A stretch of 64,000 bases of DNA, taken from NCBI GenBank assembly GCA_013239625.1, contig MU056277.1, positions 1,218,076 to 1,282,075 on the forward strand, given 5' to 3'. The translations under genes and the position numbers were made by a program. This document shows, piece by piece, positions 25,099 to 37,450 of the stretch. Position 1 is the stretch's first letter; every line of letters starts with the position of its first letter. This DNA is from Lama guanicoe (Eukaryota). Below the pieces are notes generated by a model. That model made no database searches. It worked only from the letters and a program-made list of their open reading frames with translations, and was not told the DNA's origin.

Positions 25099-25239
25099 TT
25101 TTTTTAAAAATTATTTTTATGTATTTATTTTTTTGAGGGAGGTAATTAGGTTTGTTTATATTAATGGAGGTGCTGGGGATTGAACCCTGGACCTTGTGCA
25201 CACTAAGCTCACGCTCTACCACTGAGCTATTCCCGCCCC
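25099..25239 (-). mobile_element. tRNA-derived SINE resembling camelid Vic-1 (TEX29 intron)
   Basis: Minus strand reads TAGCTCAGTGGTAGAGCG (A box), GGTTCAATCCCCAGCACCTCC (B box), AAACCTAATTACCTCCC, then an A-rich tail. Confidence 0.85.
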
Positions 25240-25343
25240 TCGAACCCTGTGTTTTTAGGGACACATCCTGGTGGAGGGCTGGACGGCCCATAGAGTTTTC
25301 CATCCTTAGTTCCTCTGACTGTGATAAAAACTCTTTCCATCAG

Positions 25344-25504
25344 AGTTGTCCAAGAGAGGTGGAGGGAAAAGGAAGTCCCTACGGAAATACCTGTGTCATC
25401 CAAGCCCAGCACTAAAGCTGAGACGGTCCCCGCTGAGCGGCCGGCGTCGAAGGCTTCGAGCACAGACCCGACACACAAGAGCTGGGACACCAGCGGGGAG
25501 TATG
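25344..25504 (+). CDS. TEX29: TEX29 cytoplasmic exon, RVVQERWREKEVPTEIPVSSKPSTKAETVPAERPASKASSTDPTHKSWDTSGEY
   Basis: CTTTCCATCAG acceptor, ATG|GTAAGG donor at 25505. Phase 2-1 keeps the frame. Confidence 0.88.
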
Positions 25505-26368
25505 GTAAGGCGGGGGATGGGCCCAGCCTCACTCCTCTGGAGCTGGCACCTGGCAGCGACACTCGGGGGCCACACTGGCCCTTCGACAAGTTGTATCTGT
25601 TTTTTGGTTTGGACCAAAGTCTAACATCTCTTCTCTGATGAGGAGTCTCGGGTTTGCAAGGTGGACTCTGCCCTCAGCGCAGTTTCCTGCCTGCAAGTCC
25701 GTTTCCTCCTTAAACAGCCTCCCCCTTCCCTCCCCGCTCTGCGTCCCCCCGGCGCCTCAGGCTGGGTGTCGTGTGCAGGGCGTGGGCAGTGGGGTGCTGG
25801 TGGGGGACAGCGCCACTTCTTCTGTGGCACCGGGGGGGCTGTGCCGGGTCCCGCCCGCTCTGGCTTCCAGGAGGCCAGCTGCGTGTCTGGTCACTCGGCC
25901 TCTTAGGTGGCCTTTGGCCAGTGCCTGTGGCTCTGTGTCCGTGGGGGAGCCCCTGGCAGGTTAGAGAAGCGTCCTCAGTGATCTGTCCTGGGGGATGTGT
26001 GTGCGGGGACTCCGTCTAGGTCTCTCGTCAAGATGTGGCTTTACTGGTCAGCGAGTGGCCTGCCCAGACGTCTTCTGGGACCTGCACGTGGCCCCTGGCG
26101 GACGTGCAGGCCTGCTGCCCACCTTCTCAGGATGCGCTCTGCAGAGTGAGGCACCGCCACTCCTCCCTCTTAATAAGCCTTTCTCCCCCAGCAGCGAGTG
26201 GAAAGACGCGGGGCAGCAGAGACCCACCCCGCCCCCCAAACTTGCTCTTGAATAAATCCCAGCGGAGCGCATCCCCGCCAATGTGCTCGCAGGCCTTGAG
26301 CAGGGTTCGTGAGACTGCCGAGTCCTCCATCCAAAACACCACTTCTTTTCCTTCTGTTTTAAATCCAG

Positions 26369-26409
26369 CAACATGGACAATGGAAGAAGAATATGAAACA
26401 GAGGACTGA
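26369..26409 (+). CDS. TEX29: TEX29 last coding exon, ATWTMEEEYETED*
   Basis: Pyrimidine tract and CCAG (AG 26367-26368), TGA ending at 26409. Total CDS 58+111+70+161+41 = 441 nt = 146 aa plus stop. Ends in ETED, as I recall for human TEX29. Confidence 0.88.
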
Positions 26410-26514
26410 AGTGCGTCATAAAGACCAAGTGAAGGCTGGCAGAAACCTCGGCGCGAAGCGGGGCAGCCGGTGAGCGATGGCTGAGATACGAGGAAATGGC
26501 CACGGAGAGAAAAA

Positions 26515-26520
26515 AGTAAA
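26515..26520 (+). terminator. TEX29 poly(A) signal, variant AGTAAA
   Basis: About 105 nt after the stop, with GT/T-rich sequence at about 26541-26575. Confidence 0.6.
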
Positions 26521-26849
26521 GATATTTTGAGCGCTTCCTGCTTGGTCTTGTTCACCCGAGGCTGTGTTTTTGTCTTCGGAGGGAGAAAGCCTTGGAAGCT
26601 GAGCCCACGCCCCAGAAGCTGTCATTTCTGATGCACGGTGTGTAGCTGAGCCGGGATGGGCCCCTCGCGGCATCAACGCACCCGGAGGAGGGAGGGCCCG
26701 GGCAGCGCTGCCTCCAGGCAGGCGTCCTGCTGACCGGAGCCGGCACCTGCGGCAGGTTGGGCTGCATCGGGTGTGGCCCGCCTGCAGGTCACAGAGGACC
26801 AGAGGAGGGCGAGGAGCTCGGGCTCTGCGGCCCGGCGCTCCCACGGCTC

Positions 26850-26990
26850 CTCAGCTCTGCCTGTCAGCATCCAGGCGGCCGTGCACCACGGAAATGCACG
26901 GATGTGGCCGGGTTTCAGCAAAACTTTATTTATGAGACCAGGTGACGGGTGGATGTGGTGGGCCAACTGTGGTTTGTCATCCCTGGTCCT
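26850..26990. mobile_element. MER58-like hAT DNA transposon fragment
   Basis: GATGTGGCCGGGTTTCAGCAAAACTTTATTTATGAGACCAGG...GGTTTGTCATCCCTG. Confidence 0.65.
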
Positions 26991-28749
26991 GAGTTCCTAG
27001 ATGTGCCTCTGGAGGCCACTGACTGGGAACCTGTGTGTTCCTTTGACTGTCACGGAATAAGGGGGAAGATTCCTGAGGCCTTGGCCCGTGAATGGGGGTG
27101 GGCTCTGGCTATAAATTCATGCTGTCCAGCGGAGACTGGTCCCTAGCTGACCGGGGCTGGACCATCCCTCGCAGAGATGAGGCCGATTAGATGGCCCAGA
27201 AGCTGTGCCTGAGCCCCGAGGTGCGGTGTGGGCGCCCGCGTCTCTGCGTCTGTCTTTAATGGGAAACGAGGGTGCGTTGTGGAGGATTGTGGGAACGGCC
27301 TCTCAGCTCCCCTTCTTCCAGGGGAGATTGGACCTTGCACCCCAGGGCCCCTGCACAGCCCCGTGGTCTCTGAGTACCAAGTTCCGGGGAGCACTTGCAT
27401 TGTTGCTGCCCCTCCTGAAAGCCCCCAGCGCTGCCCCAGCTCAGTCACATGGCCGGGAGGAGGGGCCAGGGCCCTGGCCTCCTGGATGGTCTTCAGGGAC
27501 GCTGGAGGTCGCCCAGAGCCCTTGTCTTGGCGGCCCCCTGGCCTGCTGGGCGTGGGTACAGGGAGGGGCTTCCCCATTTTCCGCGCTCAGAAAGCCCACT
27601 ATGAATTCTCAAGGGGGTGGGTGCAGGGTCTGCTGGGGGAGGGACGGGGTCTGCGGGCAGGGAGGCGGCCTGGTGTGGAGCCAGGAAGAGGTTGGGCCAG
27701 CAGGATGGTGCTGAGGTCCCAGGACTGGCGAGGCATGTTGACACGTGGCCTGTGGGGGCGCCTGGCCACAGCTGGACGTGCGGGCTGACCCCGCGCGGCA
27801 GCTGCCTGGGCTCCTGGGCAGTGGCTGCAGCACCGTGACCTCCTTTGTGGCCGAGTGACATTGAACACGGTTAACCTCCTGTGTGGTACATGCTGCGTCC
27901 CAGAGCAGGGCCCTGGGCCCTGTCATCCCTTTGCTTCCCAAGTTACAGAGGCGTCACCGGGGCGGGGGTGCTCAGGGGGGCTGGCTGTGGCCTTTCGGGG
28001 AAGCTCAGGATTTCAGCCCTTCCAGTCCCGCTGCTGCAGATCTTGGACCCGGAGGTGCACGGGGCTGTGGGAGAGAATTGCCCACCCCCAGGAACTGCCC
28101 TGGACCCAGAGCAGAGGTGGGAGTTGGGGTCGCTCTGAAGGTCTCCCACCTGGTGGCAGAAGCAGAAGAGTGACTACTTGCGTGTCACTGGGTCCCCAGG
28201 CAGGGGGCACGGTGGGGGAGGGCAGGAGGGTTCTCGGGCGTCCTCCCGGTAGGAGGATGGAGCAGGAGGCTTTGGCCTGTGATGCGGGTCCGGCCTGGCC
28301 TGAGGGGCAGGGCGGCCGGTGAGGCCGGCCGATCTCTCGGCTCTGCTGTGGCTCCGAAGCCCGGCCCAACAGGAGCTCTGGGCACAGCAGGTGGCTGGGG
28401 GCCCGCTCTGGGCAGAGGTGGCTTGGCCGCTGCGAGCCCCGCGCTCAGCACGGCATGTTCCCGGGGAAGGACTGGGAACGTGCTCAGCTCTGCGGGCTGG
28501 AGTGTCAGTCAGATGAAACCTGGCAGCCTATATGGGACTGCGTGGCTGCTTAAGATTTTACCTCTGCCTTAAAAATCTGTTATAGAAAACACGAAAAGCC
28601 CAGAAAAAAGGAATAAACTGTTTCCGTCCGAGGGACCCTAAATGGCAATGTTTACCTGTGGCTGGTGTTTTCTTCCCGCTCCTTCCTGACCGCACAGCGC
28701 TTCGTGCGCAGCCTGTCCTGGGGGACAACGGGAGACACCTGTCTTCCCC

Positions 28750-29165
28750 CTGGGCTGAGTCACTCTGTGTGTCGGTGTCTGGGCCACGGGCGCCCAGAGG
28801 CAGTCAAGCATTGTTCTGGGTGAGTCTGTGTGGGTGTTTCTGGATGAGGTTAATGTGCGAGCAGGCGGCCTGAGGGAAGTGGTTCCCGCTCGCCTGTGGG
28901 TGGGCCTCATCTGATCAGGTGAAGGCCTTAAGGGAACAAAAAGGCTTATCCTCCTGTAAGAGGGAACTAGTCCTGCCTGACCACATTTGGACTGAGATGT
29001 CAGCTTTCTCCACTTTGGATTCAAACTGAAGCATATCCTTTCCTGGGCCTCGGGTGCTGCCAACAGATCCTGGGACTTGGCAGCCTCTGCAATTTACATG
29101 AGCCAGTTCCTTGCCATCAGTCACTCCATCTCCCATTGGCTCCTTTCCTCTGGAGAACCCTGGCC
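28750..29165 (+). mobile_element. ERVL LTR (MLT2-like)
   Basis: CTGGGCCACGGGCGCCCAGA...GTGTTTCTGGATGAGGTTAA...GGGTGGGCCTCATCTGATCAGGTGAAGGCCTT...CTCTGGAGAACCCTG. Confidence 0.85.
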
Positions 29166-29419
29166 CGTGCGCCCCCATGCAATAAACATCAGCCTCGAGG
29201 GAGAGGTGGTGCCTCTAAACCATGGGGTTTCCCACACGACAGGAGTGTGTGTGACTCAGGGTGGGGGCCCCAGGCAGTTCACACTGAGACGGTGACTCTG
29301 GATGCGAGCTGGCCGCCCTGGCAGACCTACCACATGACGTCAGCCTGACCTCAGGGAGGGACGAGGGCGGGAGAGGGCTCCAAGCGCACAGGCAGTGGCT
29401 CTGTCACATCTGTATCACG

Positions 29420-29800
29420 AGGCCACGGTGAACACTCTCGACAGGGAGGCTGGGCTGAGCACCCCTGGCTGGTGTCCCGGGAGGGGCGTGTCCTGAGGAC
29501 ACGGACGCTTCACCTGGGGGCCCCTCCACCTCGCCTGACGTCTGTCTTGCTTTGGCCAGTTCTGACTTGCATCCTTTTGCTGCAAAAAAACTAACCACAA
29601 GAAGAGGGCTTCCCTGAGTTCTGTGAGTTGTTTCAACAAATCACGGAACACGAGGGTGGCCGTGAGAACCCCCAAATTGGCAGCCAGCTGGCCTGAAGTG
29701 CGGGTGGTCTGGGGACTCTGGACTGTGGCCAGTATCTGAGCTGACAGCAGCCTTGTGGACACCGGTCCCTCGGATGGTGCAGTGTGGCTAAACGCTTGTC
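29420..29800 (+). mobile_element. LTR fragment (MER21/MER77-like)
   Basis: TTCCCTGAGTTCTGTGAGTTGTT...GAGAACCCCCAAATTGGCAGCCAGCTGG. Confidence 0.6.
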
Positions 29801-31097
29801 CCCTCTTCCCCCCAGCAGCGGTCTTCCCGCCGGCCCACCCACTGGCCAGGGCGGGAGGTGAGCTCACCCACTCCTGTGGGGATCTGCTCGGGCGCCCACT
29901 GGGGGCCAGTGGAACCCTCATCACACTGTGAGGGGTCCGGCGGAGGTGGGGGGACCCAAGTTCTGATCTCGGGGTGCCAGGGCCGTCCTCTGCCTGGAGG
30001 AAACCCCCGTCCTGCGGAGAGCGTCTGTCTGAAATGCTAGCGATGGACGCTTTCTAGTCTGCACCTTGGATCCCGGAATCATTCTGCTCTTGACCGCTAT
30101 AGTCTGTCTCCGCGGTGGGGGAACTGGCTCACCCCCGCCGTGAAGGGGCAGTCCCCTCCCACAGCCAGCCCTGCGGGACCTGACAGATTATGTAATCGTT
30201 TCATTGTCCTCGCCTGTCTAAGAATAAACACATTTTAAGGCGGCGTACACTATAATCTGATCTTCTGATGAAGCAAAGAAAAGCTGATTTATTTTTGGAG
30301 AATGAACTTGCTGATAAGTCCTAATTTGGATCCATGTACTACACGCCCGGAGGGTGCTGCCCGCTCCCTGGCCTCTGTGGGCACTCGCGGGTCAGTGTGT
30401 CCCGCCGCACGTGGAACTTTCCAGGTCTCATCTGCACGAAAGATGCTACTGACTCTTTACAAAGGAGGAAAACACAGTCAGAACGTTTTCTTTGGCTCAA
30501 AGCTTCCCTTCCCTCCCACTGTGGTTTCCAGTCTGGCTTTTCTTTCCCCTGTTTCTAGATTGGAAGCAAATGGATTTAAAAAGAAAAAACATGAAGCCCC
30601 ATCTCTTGCCTTCATAGACTGGCGGTCTTAGACCAAAGGTCACTCCGAGTCACTCTGCCACGGAGGCTTTGCCCCCTCTTCCTGGAGCGTGGCTGGGGGC
30701 GGGGTGAGGCATCCTCCCTTCACGTCATGGACACATCTGGACCTGGAGAGGGACCGGAGCAGGTGGCCGAGGCTCGGACACTCGGGGTGGGCCCCTGGTC
30801 TGGGCGTTGGTGGCTCCACAGCAGGGAAGGACAAGGCCGGGCAATGCCAGGTGGGGCGGGGCTGCCTGCTGACCGCCCGGCCACCAAGGACAGACTGCTC
30901 ATCGTCTGAGAGCAGCACGTAACCAGCCCTTCGGGTGAACAAAGGGACAAGTTTCCGTGAAGCGTCTGCACGCGCCAGGTTGTGGGTGAGACCAGGAGAG
31001 AGCGCGCTCGCCGGGGGCGCCGGGGTGGTGCCGAAAGGGCTCAAGTCTGGGAGGAGCGCGTCCTCAGCCGGGAGGGAGGACGGGAAAGGGGCAGGGC

Positions 31098-33120
31098 GCC
31101 CACTTTTTAGCGGGTTGCTTGTTTATCGCTGTTGACTTCGGAAGTTCTCTACACGTTTTGGATCACAGTCCTTTGTGTCTTTTGCAACATTTTCTCCCGG
31201 TCGGTGGACTGTCCGCTGACTCTCTCGGTACCGTCCTTCCCAGAGCAGAAGTTCTGAGTGTTGATGAAGGCCAGCGTCACTCACTGCCTTCACGGACCGC
31301 GCCTTTGGTGCGGTCCGTGAAAAGGCACCGCCGTGCCCAAGGCCATCTAGGCTTCCTCCTGCCTTATCTCGCAGGCGTTTTATTTCGCGTGTTACATTCC
31401 GGCCAATGATCCATTTTGAGTTAATTTTTGTGAGGGGCATAATCTAGATTTTTTTTTTTTTTTGCATGTGGACGTTAAGTGGTTCCAGCATCGTGTTTTG
31501 GAAGGACTGTCTGCTCCCCGGTGTTGCCTTTGCTCCTTTGTCCGGGATCAGTCCGCTGCATTTACGTCAGTCTGTTTCTGGGCTCTCTGCTCGGTTGCCT
31601 GATCCGTGCGTCTCGCCTTCCACCAGCGCCACGCTGCCTTGACTCCAGTGGCTTCGCAGTAAGCCTTAAAGTTGGTGGTGTCAGTCCTCCACTGTGGCCC
31701 TTCTCCTTCAGTATCGTGTTGGCTGTTCTGGGCCTTTTGCGTCTCCATATAAACGCTGGAACCAGCTTTTCCATATCCACAAAGTAATTTGCTGGGATTT
31801 GCTTGGGGCTGCACTGAACCTATAGGCCAAGTTGGGAAGAAATGGAATCTCCACGCTATTCACGGAGATGGACCCTCTCTCCACTCACCTGGTTTACTTT
31901 TGTTCATCGGAGTTTGTGTCTTCCTCACGTAGGTCTTGTACACATTTTTTAGGTTTATGTCTAAGGACTTCATTCTGAGAGTGCTGATGTAAGTGGTATT
32001 GTGTTTTTAATCTCAAGTCCCACTGGTTCCCTGCTCGTCTGGAGGGAAGCACCGGGACTGCGTGCGAGCACTTCCTACACTGCAGCCTTGTGCAGCTGCC
32101 GGTGAGTTCCAGGAATGGCTCTGCCAGATCGGCCGTACTTTCCGTGTAAACAGTCACGTGCTCTGAACAAGGACGGCTTTAGCTCTGCTTTCCCAGTCGG
32201 TAGAGCTGCACTTGCAGTCTGTGTGCCCCTGTTGCCTTTCCTTGTCTATTTGCTTTAGCAGGGAGCCCCGCACAGTGCTGAAGAGGAGCGGTGAGAGGGG
32301 GCAGCTTGCTTGTACCCGACCTGGTGGGAAAGGGTCAAGGTCCCCACCGCCAAGTGTGGGGCCAGCTGCAGACGTTTTGGTGGCCATCCCCTATCAGACT
32401 GAAGCTCCCCCTCATTCCTAGTTTGCTGAGAGTTTTGAGTCATGAGTGGGTTTGGGACTTTGTCGAACCCTTTTTCTGCACTTATTGACGTGATCAAACG
32501 ATTTTTCTTCATCTGTTGCTGTGACGATCACATTAATTGATTTTCAGATGTTGGACGGGCCTTGCACACCTGGGGTAAAGCCCACTTAGTCGTGATGTAG
32601 AAATCTTTCAATCGTTTTGGGACTCAGTTTGCTACTATTTTGTTGAGGAGTTTTGCTCCTATGCTCATGAGAGGCATCGCTCTGGGCCTTTTTTTCTTCT
32701 GATGTCACGTCCTCGTCTGCCTTTGGTATTAGGGTGACGCTGGCCTCGTAGAATGATCAGGAAGTGTTTCTTCTACTTCCATCCTCTGAAAGAGATTGTA
32801 GAAAAAATTGGTATAAATTTGTCCTCAAATGTTTGGTAGAATTCATCTGTGAATCCATCTAGGGTTGGTGCTTCCTGGTTTGGAAGTTTATTAATTGTTG
32901 ATTTAATTTATCTGATAGACATAGGTTCTTCAGACTCTCTATCTCTCCTTGTGTAAGTTTTGACAAATTGTCCTTTTCAAGGAATTTATCCATTCCATCT
33001 AGGTTATCGAATCTGCGGGCATGAGGATGCTCACAACGTTTCCTTATTAACCTGTTAGTGTCCGTGGATCTGTATGGTGTCCCGTCTTTCATTTCTGATG
33101 TTAGTAATTTGCCGTCTTTT
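31098..33120 (-). mobile_element. Decayed L1 ORF2 (reverse-transcriptase region)
   Basis: Minus-strand peptides LTKINSKWI, FIWRRKRPRTANTILKEK..GGLT, ISAEKGFDKV and FDNLDGMDKFLEK..LSKLTQGEIESL are L1 ORF2 motifs. Many frameshifts. Confidence 0.92.
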
Positions 33121-35479
33121 TAAAATCTACTTCTTGAAATGCCCTCAAACTTACAGAAGAGTAGCAAGTCCCAGCACAAACATTTCTTCTCCACTGAAAC
33201 ATTTCAGAATAAATTGCAAACATAGTGCTCTTCTCCCAAGTATGCTAATGTGTATTTCCCTAAGAAACCACGGCATGCCTATCAGCGTCAGGAGGCTAAC
33301 ACTGGTCAGCCCACTGCCCTTTTGTCCTTAGACCCCAGTCAAATGCTGCCGCTTCTCCCAGTGACGCCCTTTACATCGGAGGGAGCCGGCCCCGCGCACC
33401 TGACACCTGGCTGTCAGGCCCTCCACGTCATCCTCATCCTGGGACGATCCTCAGGCCTCCCCAGACTACTGTGCACAGGTCACTTTTGAAGATTACAGAC
33501 CAGTTGCTAGCTTCCTTCTTTTGAGTTTGTCTGTTTCCTCGTGAACACACTCAGCCACGTGTGTCTGTCGTGACTACACAGAGGTGTCGCCCTGCAGTAG
33601 CCCCGCTGCTGAGGACGGCCGTCGCGACTCACTCGATGGAGGCGGCACCCCCCGGTTATGTCACTCTTTCCCCCTCCTTCGCTAGCGTGTGCAGGTAATT
33701 TGAAATTATGTGAGTATCCGCGTTAATCTTCCTGTTTGTGTACTCATTCATGCACTTCCGCGTGGACCACGGTCCAAGGTTCTGGAGAACCTGTTACGGC
33801 CGTGATTTACTCCGACGTCTAAACTCTCAGGTTCTGCCAGGGGAAGCCCCTGCCAGCTGGCTGCAGCGTCTCTCTGGCACATGCTGTGGTTCCGTGAGAG
33901 CGTCCCTGCGCCCTGACACGCCCGGCACTGCAGGCCCAGCCCGGGAGCCGCGCTTCTCCCGCGAGCCCTGGGCCTGCAGTGGGGGCCTCCTTTCTTCTTC
34001 AGTCTGAGAGGCCAGCTCCAGTCACTTTTCTCTGCGAGGTGGGGAAGCTCACCCCTCACCCCTCAGGGAGGGGCTGCCACAATGTCGCCCTCGGTCTGGG
34101 CCCCCTTTGTCCCCAGCACCTCCGGGGACTGGCTCAGGGCCTCCGTTCTCTCTGGCAGAGGTCGGTGCCACTTACCAAGGCCCTGTTTGTGTCGCTGCTG
34201 TTGCTGCTGCTTCTGTGTTTTGGTTGACTTGTTAAAACCCGTTTGTCTATTCTGCTTCAAATTAATCCCCAAATGTTGCTTGATCAAACCATTTGCTGTT
34301 ACAGTGATTACGGACGTACAGCATCTCTCCCTGGCCTTTTGAAGGGCCAGTCACCATGGTAACCACATTACGGCAAATTGCTTTGTCTCCTCAAAATGCC
34401 CTTCAGAGAAAGGTCATTCGGTGCTAACGTTTCCGAGGACATAGCCGTGTGAGCGGCGGGAAGCCCGTCGTCGCCCCGCACTGGCCCCTGTGCGTGCGTG
34501 CGTGTCTTCAGTCACATCATTTCAGGAAAGCCTCAGAACAGGACTAAATACTGAGAGTGGAAAGAGCTCCACAGATGTGTGTGTGTGAGTGTGTGTGTGT
34601 GTGTGAACTTGAAGACAGCTCTGTGTCAGCTCTGCTGCCTCTTGAGGACCACATCTTGTCGCTTTCTGGCCAGGTGGGGTGGAGGTGGGGACAGGCACCC
34701 TGCTCCTGTGGAACCTGCAGGCGCCTGGAGCTGGCGGGAAAGAAGAGCCTGTGGGCAGAGTGGCCCCAGGGTCCCAACTCCCATAGGCTGTACCGGCCAG
34801 TAATGCCAGGCGTCGCCATGGAGCCCATGGTGGGCCAGGCGACCCGCTGCGCTGTGCTCCGGGTCCCAGCTTTTCGGCCCTCGTTTCCCAGGGGAGGCGC
34901 CTGCGGCTCAGAGCTCACTTCTACGCAGAGTTGTCAGAGGTCACACCGCGAGTCCTGCCCTGCTTCTTTCTTCGTAATGAGCCTCCCTCAGGCTCAGCAT
35001 GAGCGCAGTTCAGCGCCCAGGTGGTCAGTCCTCTGTGCTCTGTGACGCTGTCACCGCCCCCCGACCCCCGCGCCCTCCGCCCAGCGGCAGCCAGCTCGCT
35101 GTCGCAGTGGTGCCTGGGGGGGTCTCCTGTGTGGCTCTAAACCCTCTCCTTCCGTGGGTCCTTAGCTGTTCTCAGATGTGCGTAAGTCGCTGCTTCCCCA
35201 GCACTTAACTCTACCCGGCGTCCTTCCAAGCACTTTCCCTGGGTTTTTTTTTTTTTTTTCGTTTTTGCTTTTTGCTCTCCACGTTTTCAGTCCTAACTTT
35301 CTCAACACCCCGACAGGGCGGCGCTGTCCTCAGACCCCTGAGAAAGCTGCGACTCAGAGATGGCGGGGTTGGCGCAGGCGCGCAGTGGGGGGCGGGGGGG
35401 ACGCCAGCAGGCGTGTGGCCCGGTTCCCGAGCGTCACCAGCGTGAGGAGGCGGGTGTCCTCCCAGCGCAGCTCTAGTCT

Positions 35480-37450
35480 GCGCTTCTGAGTGACCTTGAG
35501 CATCCTTGTATGTTGTTCTTTTGATTGGTGTTCTCTGAACAGTTTATGTTTTTGTCCATTTTCCTATGGGATTTTCAGTCTTTTCCTCTGTTTTTGAGAT
35601 CATTCTGTGTACTGGGGAGAACAGCTCGTTTATCTGTGAGTGCGCAGCAGGCTTTCGACCAGTTTGTCTCTTGCTATTCGTCTTGGTTTATGGTGATTTT
35701 CAAAAGTTAAAAAAAGCTTTCCTAGTCAAATTAATCAATTGTAGCTTTTACTGCATGTAAATATGTGACAGTTTAAAGTTTTCTTCGCATCTTTCATATA
35801 CAGATTATAAGAGAATTTACCCATATTTTCTTCTAGAAGTTTCCCCGTTTAGATGACCGATGCGTTTGGTCTCTGTTCTGGTTTTGGTGTGGAGCATGGA
35901 CCTGCTTCTGCCTTTCTGATGGCCATCCAGCGGCCACAGCACCTGTGTCCTCACGGAGCCTGCCCACTCCCAGAGGTCTGGGAGGTCACCTGCCCCGTGC
36001 TGTGTTCCCACACACTCTCAGGGCTCTGCCTGGACTTCCTGGTCCATTGGTCTGTCTACGCATTTGCCAAGATCACAGTTTTAATTATTGAGCCTTTTTC
36101 ACACATTTTACCATCTGGTAAGATTAATCCCCCCTCACTGCTCTTCTTTTAGGATTTCCCAGCTATTATTGCATTTGAATAATGTGCAGTAATAATTTTG
36201 CGGACGGCTTAATTTTTCATTTAAACTGTAGGATCAACTTGTGTTAAGTCCAGACTGAAAGCTGCCTGGGAGTTTTATTTCAATTTTGTTAGCTTTATAC
36301 GTTCTCTCTCTCTCTCGGAGGACTGATGCTTTATAATGTTGAGTCATCCCATCCAAGAACAAAGGATGTTTCTGCATTTGTTCAAGTCGCTTTGTGTTTT
36401 TTAGGCGTGGTTAGAGTTTATTTTCACATGGATTTTGCATATTTCTTGATAAGCTAATTCCTGAGCACTTAATCCTTTCTGTTGCTCTCGTAACAGTGAG
36501 TGTCTCTCCCATCATGCCCCTATGCATGTGCTATTGATTTTCGTGCACTCGATTCACACTCATTCTATTTTTTAAAATTCTTTTATTGTTTCTGTTACTT
36601 TCATTACTGGGTCTCTTTTGTTTTCCAAGCGTATTATTACATCATGTGCACATAAAGTTTTGTTTCTTTCCAAATTTTTAACCCTGTAATGGTTAAATTT
36701 TTCCACATCTAATTGTGTTCATTATATTTTCAATACAGTGTTAAATACTGGTGCAGACAGTGGGAGTTCTTGCCTGGTTTCTGACCTCAGCGGGAAGTAC
36801 CTCTGCTGTTTTCCTGTTAAGAAAGATAATGACTTCAAGGCTGACTTTCTCGGTGTGTACATACATGTATACGTGTGTATATAGATACATAGTCTGATAC
36901 GTAGCATTTTTATCACCACTATTTTTTAGTAATTCTACAATTTTTATTTGTACTTTTCAATTGCTGTTTATTACAGAGTTTTTTTTTTCCCCAAAAAAGA
37001 AAGGCTTTTTGGTGTTACGATTCTGTATTCTGGCTTTTTTTTTGCATTTCTAATAAGATTTATGTTTGTAAATTATTATTAAGCTTGTGACTAAGTGTGG
37101 TGAATTGCTGTGAATGCTCCGCGCGCATTTGGGAAGGAGCGCACTGTGTTCAGAGGTGGTGTTACTGCGCCATCACCATCTCTGTTGGCTCTGCCTCCCT
37201 CCTGGGGCTCTGTCCCGGGACCTCTCCTGGGCTGAACGTAGACGTTGTCTCCTGCAGTTTAGTGGTTTCCCTTCGTTGCACCTCTTGACTTTCCGAGTTA
37301 CAAAGGTGGTCACTGTGTTCAAGACAAGTTTCAAATGTTCTCTGTTTTCTGAACAGGCCTTTTACAGCATCCTCTTGTTTGCAAAGTCGACATCTCATCT
37401 CTTTGATGTTAATTGTACTTTTAAAAAGCTTCCTCTCTCCTTTTATTATT
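35480..37450 (-). mobile_element. Very old L1 ORF2 fragments
   Basis: T-rich + strand. Peptide FPLRSETRQELPLSAPVFNTVL (36722-36919) matches the L1 RT motif [22 protein letters not shown]. Confidence 0.8.

Noticed and set aside
25168-25239. tRNA-like sequence with A and B boxes (also 60330-60404)
   Set aside because: It is the head of a SINE, followed by the SINE body and an A-rich tail, and not a tRNA gene.
25505-25638. TEX29 intron read-through giving an alternative tail ending ...LTSLL* (PDZ-ligand-like)
   Set aside because: The donor at 25505 is good and the downstream exon supplies the expected ETED end. A 45-codon open frame is unremarkable here, and I see no nearby poly(A) signal.
31123-33092. 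Reverse-transcriptase-like peptides as an active or domesticated gene
   Set aside because: Fragmented over several frames with stops and degraded motifs: a dead L1.
34576-34604. (GT)n microsatellite and other short simple repeats (56375-56400, 56805-56835)
   Set aside because: Ordinary simple repeats.
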